NCBI GenBank assembly: GCA_945887835.1
Contig: CAMCZQ010000065.1
Coordinates: 1 to 17,262, forward strand
DNA length: 17,262 nucleotides
Direction: 5' to 3'
DNA from: Bordetella parapertussis
GTDB taxonomy: Bacteria > Pseudomonadota > Gammaproteobacteria > Burkholderiales > Burkholderiaceae_B
Under the pieces are notes generated by a model. The model made no database searches and was not told the origin of the DNA. It worked only from the letters and a program-made list of their open reading frames with translations. The position numbers and the translations under genes were made by a program. This document shows, piece after piece, positions 7,097-12,581 of the stretch (positions within the stretch are counted from its first letter, which is position 1; each line of letters begins with the position of its first letter).

Positions 7097-7432
7097 CTTC
7101 TTCTTGCGATTAAATGATTTAGTTGCTAGATGATCTATTCTGGAGCCAAACGACGGCTATCGCTCTAAGTGAATAGAGAGGTAGTCGTCGCTTAGTTAAA
7201 AGATACTGAACCTATCCCGTATGCTTTCAACGACACTGAAGAAATTTACAAGAGACGTATGTATTGAAACTCTCAACCCACTTCAGCATTGGTTTGCTTT
7301 GTAGGAATTTCGCGGCACAGCTGTACGACGCAACCTCTTCAGTGCGATTGCGTCAGCTACGGGGTCATTAGCCGTTATATTACAACCCGTGTTTTATGCC
7401 CTTTTGCGAAGTGGCTTATCTTCTTTTTATTA

Positions 7433-7450
7433 CGCTGCCTGTTTATGTGT
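7433..7450. repeat. Right arm of the long-range inverted repeat (CGCTGCCTGTTTATGTGT)
   Basis: It pairs with 6789-6805, with the arms 627 bp apart. It overlaps the stop codon (7445-7443) of the 104-aa minus-strand ORF. Confidence 0.5.
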
Positions 7451-7757
7451 GTAGTTGCTTGTGTTGTTTAAAAAGTTTTCTGTTGACTGCTGTGCCTATG
7501 TTCATGATTTTGTATGCGTGCGTTGTACTTAGCCGTTGTCGCGTGTTGCCAAAACTCATTGCTCGTAAAAACGTATTCAGTGTGGCTGCTTGATTCTGCT
7601 CTAACAAATTAGCATTGTGTTTCAGCAGGTTATGTGCAATCTTTTGTGCTTGCAATAACACCAATTCAATTTTAATTAGCTGCTTGGCACAAAGGCCATT
7701 TTCTAATAACCATTCATTTGCAGGCTTATCAGCGCGACAGGTGTAATTGTTTTCCAT
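7443..7757 (-). CDS. Hypothetical helical protein (104 aa from the ATG at 7757)
   Basis: Track ORF 7443-7772, whose first codon is TTG. The first ATG gives MENNYTCRADKPANEWLLENGL.... There is no clear Shine-Dalgarno and I recognise no family. The composition is protein-like, unlike the overlapping plus-strand ORFs. Confidence 0.45.
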   Translation of the reverse strand: MENNYTCRADKPANEWLLENGLCAKQLIKIELVLLQAQKIAHNLLKHNANLLEQNQAATLNTFLRAMSFGNTRQRLSTTHAYKIMNIGTAVNRKLFKQHKQLHT

Positions 7758-7911
7758 AAAGTTATTTATCAAGAATCAAATAAACCCAATTATTCTTGCT
7801 GGATTTATTAGGTTTTGTGCGTAAAGCCCACGATGATTAACGCAATTAGGTCGCGAATTCAATTGCAGGCCAATACAGTATTGATTCCCAAGTGCAACAA
7901 AAGGAATTGAT

Positions 7912-8355
7912 ATGAGTGCATTAGCAGCTTTGAAGTTGGTCGTTGGTAAAAAGAATCGTGCTGTGTCGCCTGTGATGCAAAAGCGTGAAAAGCTCAGTAC
8001 CAAATTGGCAGAGCAGATTGCCTTGTGTGAAGCACAGCAGGGTGGTCAGCTGTACGCACCTAAACGATTAAAAACTGTTATTGATCCCACAACAGGCGAA
8101 CGAACCGTTATTGCTACGACCAAGCGTGTGCGTGAATGGTATTGGCGTACAAGCGATGGCAAAGTCAATCTCGCCATCAAGTATGGTGCAAAGACGTTGG
8201 CCTTAGGCAAGGGTGGCAAGAACGCAATTGAACTTGCAAACGAAAACGAAGTATTGGATGCGCTACGCCTAATTAAAAACGCTGTGGGCTTAGGCGAGTT
8301 AGATGAGGCCATTGCTGAGGCTAGTACTGCGACGCGAACTGCATTTAAAAAGTGA
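7912..8355 (+). CDS. Conserved-looking island hypothetical protein (147 aa)
   Basis: Track ORF. AAGGA lies 7-11 nt upstream of the ATG, and a strong terminator follows. The sequence (KREKLSTKLAEQIALCEAQQ..., KRVREWYWRTSDGKVNLAIKYGAK..., LGELDEAI) resembles small proteins I recall seeing next to integrases in proteobacterial islands (possibly a DUF family). I cannot verify this. Confidence 0.7.
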   Translation: MSALAALKLVVGKKNRAVSPVMQKREKLSTKLAEQIALCEAQQGGQLYAPKRLKTVIDPTTGERTVIATTKRVREWYWRTSDGKVNLAIKYGAKTLALGKGGKNAIELANENEVLDALRLIKNAVGLGELDEAIAEASTATRTAFKK

Positions 8356-8365
8356 TCGAAAACTA

Positions 8366-8419
8366 GGGGGGCGTTTTTTGTCATTGCATTACTGACTGAC
8401 AGCGCCCCCCCGTTTTTTT
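8366..8419. terminator. GC-rich hairpin with flanking T/A tracts (bidirectional rho-independent terminator)
   Basis: GGGGGGCG (8366-8373) pairs with CGCCCCCC (8403-8410). An inner TGTCA/TGACA stem sits within. GTTTTTTT (8412-8419) follows on the plus strand, and an A-rich tract (8361-8364) precedes, which reads as a T-tract on the minus strand. Confidence 0.7.
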
Positions 8420-8447
8420 GATCGTAAATACATGCACGGAGATACAC

Positions 8448-8630
8448 ATGCTCGTTCACGAAATCGCAACAATCAAACCACAACTGCCACAAACGCCTGC
8501 GCAAGCTCGCGTTGCTGTTCTTAAACAAAGTGCACAACGAGCGCAGGCAGCTGTTAAAGCAGAACGCAAACGACAGCAAGTGCAAGCAGCACGACAAAAA
8601 TTACAAAAGACTGTGGCTGCCAAGCTGTGA
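8448..8630 (+). CDS. Small basic, coiled-coil-like hypothetical protein (60 aa)
   Basis: The internal ATG at 8448 is preceded by GGAG (8438-8441). Translation: MLVHEIATIKPQLPQTPAQARVAVLKQSAQRAQAAVKAERKRQQVQAARQKLQKTVAAKL. No recognisable HTH. Confidence 0.45.
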   Translation: MLVHEIATIKPQLPQTPAQARVAVLKQSAQRAQAAVKAERKRQQVQAARQKLQKTVAAKL

Positions 8631-8648
8631 GTTTCTGCGGTTTTTTCG

Positions 8649-9911
8649 TTAGCCTTCTTCATTATCACTATCTTTGCTAGTCGTGTTATCCAGCAGCGCC
8701 GCAGACACGCTGCCTTCGCCTGCAAACTTATCAGCTAATTTCAACAAATCCAAATGCCCATAGTGCGTCTGCAGCATCGCAATACTAGTGCCCATGTGCT
8801 CAGCAAGTTGATATGCAGTGACGTTGCCTTTGGTCAGTTCGTGCGTGGCGTAGAAATGGCGCAGGCTGTACAGAGTGCGATTCTTTCCTGTGTGCGTATC
8901 TATAAGCAATGCAGCTCGCTCCATCATGCGTGTAAACATTCTGCCAAACGCTGTGGTTAAATCAGCGTTGTGTGTGGCATCAACAACAGGTTTGTCTAGC
9001 CCTTTTGCTAACAGTTCGCGTAAGGTCAATTTTTTCAGTGATTCATTGCGATCTTTAATGCGTTCCAAGTAACGAGCCACGCGATGGCGCACCTGTATGG
9101 TTCGCCACTTCTGTGTTTTGCCTTTGACACGCATGGTTAAGTATTCTTTCTTGCCACTTCTGGTCAGCGAAATGTCTCGCCAACGCATATTGATCATTTC
9201 CGTGCCTTGCCTGATGCCTGTATTGGCCAGTATCAACACATAGTCACGCAACAGCAGTCGCATGTCGCGCTCGTGTCCTGCACGTCCTTCTTTTATATAC
9301 GCACGCATGGCACGGAGTAGGGCAGGATATTCACCAATTTGTATGTCTGGTCTTCTCTCGCTGCTAGCGCCCCCCCTGTTCTCTATTTGAGGCACTTGTG
9401 TCGTTGTAATGTAATTACGCATGACTGCTTCATCAAACACACGTTTCAGCGCAGCGTTATGAGTATTTTGGGTGCTTGTTGAAGGCGTTTTTTCCATTTC
9501 ACGAGTACGCCATGTAGCAAAGCGTTGCAGCGCTGCGTAATCCACGCTGTCTATATTGTGGTTCTTGAAATACGGGATGTGATAGTTGTTGAGTGCATTT
9601 TTATAGCTCGCGTATGAAGCTTTGCCACGATCTGCAGCTGTTTCTTCGTCCATGCGCTTGATGGCAAGGTTGGCAATGGTTCTAAATCGCTTGCTGACTG
9701 TGGGCAGGCTGTTGCGTTCTCTAAACCAAGCGTTTGTGACCAAATCAACAGCTTTGCTTTTGGCTTTGGCTAAATCTTCTTCTTTTGTTGTTGTTCTAAG
9801 CCACTTGCTGCCAACCTTGTAGCGCACTTGCCAATGTGGGGTGTTCTTTCTAATTGACAGCGTTGCTTTGCCTTCAAGTATATGTACTGTGTGCTCTACT
9901 TTTTGTGGCAT
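8649..9911 (-). CDS. int: Tyrosine-type site-specific integrase (420 aa) of the island
   Basis: Track ORF. I prefer the ATG at 9911 (MPQKVEHT...), which has GGGGA 6-10 nt upstream. Catalytic signature: ANTGIRQGTE (Arg), VKGKTQKWR (Lys), LYSLRHFYATHEL (Arg/His), MLQTHYGH (Tyr). It lies immediately downstream of the tRNA 3' end, the classic arrangement. Confidence 0.92.
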   Translation of the reverse strand: MPQKVEHTVHILEGKATLSIRKNTPHWQVRYKVGSKWLRTTTKEEDLAKAKSKAVDLVTNAWFRERNSLPTVSKRFRTIANLAIKRMDEETAADRGKASYASYKNALNNYHIPYFKNHNIDSVDYAALQRFATWRTREMEKTPSTSTQNTHNAALKRVFDEAVMRNYITTTQVPQIENRGGASSERRPDIQIGEYPALLRAMRAYIKEGRAGHERDMRLLLRDYVLILANTGIRQGTEMINMRWRDISLTRSGKKEYLTMRVKGKTQKWRTIQVRHRVARYLERIKDRNESLKKLTLRELLAKGLDKPVVDATHNADLTTAFGRMFTRMMERAALLIDTHTGKNRTLYSLRHFYATHELTKGNVTAYQLAEHMGTSIAMLQTHYGHLDLLKLADKFAGEGSVSAALLDNTTSKDSDNEEG

Positions 9912-9918
9912 GTTGTAT

Positions 9919-10086
9919 CCCCAAAAAAACATAGGCTAAGCTATGTTCTGTATTGTACAGTCAGTGCTGTTTTTGTACAACGAGTGTACAACGACATCAA
10001 AAAACTGTACAACGTGGAGAACCGCATGAATGCTGGTGCCCGAGGTCGGAATCGAACCGACACGCCTTGCGGCGGGGGATTTTGAG
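9919..10086. repeat. int-proximal copy of the island-flanking direct repeat (168 nt), overlapping the tRNA 3' half
   Basis: See 864-1032. The repeat starts 8 nt upstream of the integrase ATG and ends in the tRNA anticodon loop. Confidence 0.9.
9971..10014. repeat. Three direct copies of TGTACAACG between int and the tRNA; candidate arm-type sites
   Basis: TTTTGTACAACG at 9971-9982, TGTACAACG at 9985-9993 and at 10006-10014. A related TTGTACAG lies at 9953-9960. Confidence 0.6.
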
Positions 10087-10118
10087 TCCCCTGCGTCTAC
10101 CAATTTCACCACCCGGGC
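10034..10118 (-). tRNA. tRNA-Leu (anticodon CAA), 85 nt including encoded CCA
   Basis: The reverse complement is GCCCGGGTGGTGAAATTGGTAGACGCAGGGGACTCAAAATCCCCCGCCGCAAGGCGTGTCGGTTCGATTCCGACCTCGGGCACCA. It folds by hand as follows:
- 7-bp acceptor stem with one G-U pair
- anticodon stem GGGGA/TCCCC with loop CTCAAAA (anticodon CAA)
- long variable arm, as expected for class II Leu
- T-arm GTCGG-TTCGATT-CCGAC. Confidence 0.93.
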
Positions 10119-10330
10119 CTTGGGGGATCGCGCGCGAGGCGCTTTGGAACGAAGTCGTGCATTATACGGCGTATAAAAATTTTGCGTGCGAGGCTGCGCT
10201 TGGGTATTCTCAATCGCGGCATCGGGGTCTGCTCAAGCTGCGGTTCGCCCCGTCTTTTCAGTAAGATCTGTTGCAAACAAGCCTCAACACGACTCCTAAT
10301 ACAGCCCTCAATACAGCCAACGGTTACTCC

Positions 10331-11692
10331 ATGCAAAGCCTTGATCTACAACTTGCACGCCATGCCTCGTCGCTCACGTATGCCGCTTTAACGCCTCAGG
10401 CACTTGAGCGCGCAAAGGTCTTTTTGCTTGACACCCTTGGGGTTGGTATCGCCGGTGGCAGTACGCCTGAAATCCAGCCCTTGCTCGAGGCGGTACGCGG
10501 CTGGGGCGAGGGTGCAGAGGTTGCTGTTTGGGGCACCGATCTCAAACTGCCGCGGGGGCAGGCCGTGTTGGTCAATGCCTATCAAATCCACTGCCAAGAG
10601 TATGACTGCCTGCACGAGGGCGCAGTACTGCATGCGATGGCAACGCTATTGCCGGTATTGTTGGCCGAGGCACAGGTTCGGGGTGGCGTGACTGGCAAGG
10701 CGCTTCTCACCGCCTTAGCCGCAGGCGTCGATATTGCTTGCACCATAGGCCTGGCCTCCAATTTAGGGCTGCGATTTTTTCGGCCGGCAACCTCGGGCGG
10801 CTTTGGCGCAGTAGCCGGTTTGGCCAACCTGCGCGGCTTTGATGCCGACACCACCTTAGCGGCGTTTGGGCATCAACTGGCGCAGGTGAGTGGCACCATG
10901 CAGGCACACACTGAGGGGAGTGTGGTGTTGCCCTTGCAAATTGGTTTGAATGCACGCGCAGCACTGCAGTCGTGCGACTTGGCTCAGGCAGGGTTTCCGA
11001 GCTTACAGTCGCCCTTGACGGGAAAATTTGGCTATCTCACGATGTTTGAAACAGACTGGGATCTTGAACGCGCAATGGTGGGCTTGGGTCAACAATCAAA
11101 AATCGCTGAACTCAGCCATAAGCCCTATCCGAGCGGGCGGGCCACGCACGGTGGCATAGAAGGCGTGACGGTGTTGCGGGAGCAGGCCAAGTTTTCTATG
11201 CAAGACGTTGCTGAAATCTTTGTACTTGGGCCGCCATTGATCAATCATTTGGTCAATCGCCCGCCTGTGCAGAACCCTACGCCAAACTATGCTCGGCTGT
11301 GTATGCCTTTTGTGTTGGCCAAAGTCTTGCAGTACGGCGTCTTAGATGCCATGCATTTCAGAGGTGACGCCTTGAGCGACGCACAAACTTATGCGCTCGC
11401 CTGCAAAGTCGTCATGCAGGTCGACGACAATCCCAACCCAAATGCTCTGGGCCCGCAAGTGGTGCGTGTGCGTTTAACCGATGGCACAGTGCTTGAGCAT
11501 CATATTGACTCCATGTTGGCCAGCCCCTCGCGGCCGCTCAGTGAGCAGGCGCGGGTCATAAAATTTGATCGTTGCTGGCAGCTGGCGGCTCAGCCGATGC
11601 GCGGGTCGCAGCCATTAAGAGACGTTGTTGCCGCTTTAGAAAACTGCTTGGAGATAGGCGACTTGGTGCAGCATTTGGCGGCGAGGTCGTGA
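10331..11692 (+). CDS. MmgE/PrpD-family protein (2-methylcitrate dehydratase-like)
   Basis: Track ORF. Its listed first codon (10271) is TTG, so I prefer the ATG at 10331, giving 453 aa, the typical family length. The N-terminal pattern ...LTYAALTPQALERAKVFLLDTLGVGIAGGS... and the overall layout match my memory of the family. Confidence 0.75.
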   Translation: MQSLDLQLARHASSLTYAALTPQALERAKVFLLDTLGVGIAGGSTPEIQPLLEAVRGWGEGAEVAVWGTDLKLPRGQAVLVNAYQIHCQEYDCLHEGAVLHAMATLLPVLLAEAQVRGGVTGKALLTALAAGVDIACTIGLASNLGLRFFRPATSGGFGAVAGLANLRGFDADTTLAAFGHQLAQVSGTMQAHTEGSVVLPLQIGLNARAALQSCDLAQAGFPSLQSPLTGKFGYLTMFETDWDLERAMVGLGQQSKIAELSHKPYPSGRATHGGIEGVTVLREQAKFSMQDVAEIFVLGPPLINHLVNRPPVQNPTPNYARLCMPFVLAKVLQYGVLDAMHFRGDALSDAQTYALACKVVMQVDDNPNPNALGPQVVRVRLTDGTVLEHHIDSMLASPSRPLSEQARVIKFDRCWQLAAQPMRGSQPLRDVVAALENCLEIGDLVQHLAARS

Positions 11693-12468
11693 TCACACCC
11701 ATCCTGATGGCTAAGCTGTTGATCGTGCCATCGATGCTTTTGTTGTTGACGCTTGTGGGTCGGCGCTATGGGCCTGCCTTGGCGGGGCTGCTGTCTGCTT
11801 TGCCCGTGTTCGCGGGCCCGGTGCTCTTTATCCTCGCCCTTGAACAAGGCAATGCTTTTGCTGCAGAGGCGGCGCACGGTACCTTGTTGGCGATTGTGGC
11901 AATCTTGGTATTTAGTCTGACCTACGCTTGGATGGCGTTGAACGCGGGTGTGGTGCTCAGTTTGTTGTCCTCCTACGTGACGTACAGTTTGACAGCGTAT
12001 CTCTTGCAATTTGTGCGCCTGCCAATCGAACTGTGTTTTGCTGCGGTCATCGGTTTGTTGCTGTGCGCTCAATGGGGGTTTCCAAAAGTCGCGACGCAAC
12101 AGGCGGTTTCGCCGCCCACTGGGCCGTTTGACCTATTGCTGCGTATGGTGCTTGGCGCCTCGCTCGTGTTAGGGGTGACCTACTTTGCCCCAATATTTGG
12201 CTCGCGGATGAGTGGCATTATTGCGATGTTTCCGTTAATGACGACAGTGTTGGTTGGCTTCTCGCACCACCATTCCGGTGGGGTGTTTGCTATCGCACTG
12301 CTCCGTGGGATGGTGTACGGCTATTTTTCGTTTGCGATTTTTTGTTTTCTTTTATCTCTGTCGTTGCCTAACTTCAGCTTAGTTGTCAGCTTTTTGATCG
12401 CCGTGCCTGGGGTTTTGGCTGGTCAGTTGATCGCCCGTTACTTTCTGATGCGCCGCAAAACGGCTTGA
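11689..12468 (+). CDS. Polytopic inner-membrane protein of unknown function
   Basis: The C-terminal ~255 aa of the track ORF are continuous TM helices. The listed N-terminus overlaps the preceding gene. Plausible starts are GTG 11689, which overlaps the upstream TGA as GTGA (coupling), or ATG 11707 (MAKLLIVPSMLLLL...). Confidence 0.7.
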   Translation: MITPILMAKLLIVPSMLLLLTLVGRRYGPALAGLLSALPVFAGPVLFILALEQGNAFAAEAAHGTLLAIVAILVFSLTYAWMALNAGVVLSLLSSYVTYSLTAYLLQFVRLPIELCFAAVIGLLLCAQWGFPKVATQQAVSPPTGPFDLLLRMVLGASLVLGVTYFAPIFGSRMSGIIAMFPLMTTVLVGFSHHHSGGVFAIALLRGMVYGYFSFAIFCFLLSLSLPNFSLVVSFLIAVPGVLAGQLIARYFLMRRKTA

Positions 12469-12483
12469 AACAAACCGTTAGCC

Positions 12484-12511
12484 CTTGAAATTCAAGATTT
12501 ACCCCCCAATT
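12484..12511 (+). promoter_or_regulatory. Sigma-32 (RpoH) heat-shock promoter of htpG
   Basis: CTTGAAA (12484-12490), a 13-nt spacer, then CCCCAATT (12504-12511). The consensus is CTTGAAA-N13-14-CCCCATNT. It lies about 70 nt upstream of the htpG ATG. Confidence 0.7.
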
Positions 12512-12581
12512 ACCAAGCACTATTCTTGGCCAAAGTCATCGCGGCCAAGGATCACCCTGTGGATAACTTTTCGGTGAGCAT

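Larger units (their letters stand above)
980..10086. mobile_element. ~9.1-kb tRNA-Leu-associated integrative genomic island
   Basis: An intact tRNA with an adjacent integrase at one end and a displaced tRNA 3' fragment at the other. Flanking direct repeats are present. G+C is visibly lower than in both flanks. Cargo is accessory and hypothetical, and there is a second recombinase. Confidence 0.88.

Noticed and set aside
7322-7330. A sixth, 8/9 copy of the arm motif (TGTACGACG), identical as the 10-mer CTGTACGACG to 951-960. Also an 8/9 reverse-strand copy at 7521-7529.
   Set aside because: A 9-mer with one mismatch is expected about once or twice by chance in 8 kb on both strands. Shared 10-mers are expected many times in a 17-kb window. 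This is not evidence for an internal att or arm site.
6789-7450. Interpreting the inverted-repeat-bracketed 662-bp segment as a MITE or IS remnant
   Set aside because: I could not find a target-site duplication. The flanks are ...GATTTAGA and GTAGTTGC.... There is no transposase remnant. I kept the inverted repeat only as a candidate inversion site, and a MITE remains a possible alternative.
7289-7593. Track ORFs 7289-7471(+) and 7396-7593(+)
   Set aside because: They are Cys/Val/Leu-rich translations of a T/G-rich stretch. They overlap the 3' end of the more protein-like minus-strand ORF and have no start signals.
7776-8725. Minus-strand ORFs 7776-8003, 8046-8597 and 8456-8725
   Set aside because: They are antisense to, or overlap, the better-supported plus-strand genes (7912-8355 and 8448-8630) and the terminator. 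Their translations are Cys/Arg/Leu-rich junk.
8754-9822. Small ORFs inside and antisense to the integrase (8754-8960, 8875-9072, 9551-9748, 9622-9822), and the integrase start at 9932
   Set aside because: They are shadow frames of a well-supported 420-aa integrase. The 9932 ATG lies in the att repeat with no Shine-Dalgarno, while the 9911 ATG has GGGGA upstream.
9882-10391. Track ORFs 9882-10085(+), 9953-10264(+), 10106-10336(-) and 10182-10391(+)
   Set aside because: They overlap the tRNA-Leu gene, its upstream region or the start of the PrpD-family gene. They have no coding-like composition and no ribosome-binding sites.
10388-12131. ORFs overlapping the PrpD-family and membrane-protein genes (10388-10633, 10404-10691, 10582-10854, 10707-10964, 11590-12099, 11928-12131), and the 11572 start of the membrane protein
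   Set aside because: These are typical alternative-frame ORFs of high-GC coding DNA, rich in Arg, Pro and Ala. The 11572 start would overlap the upstream gene by 120 nt.
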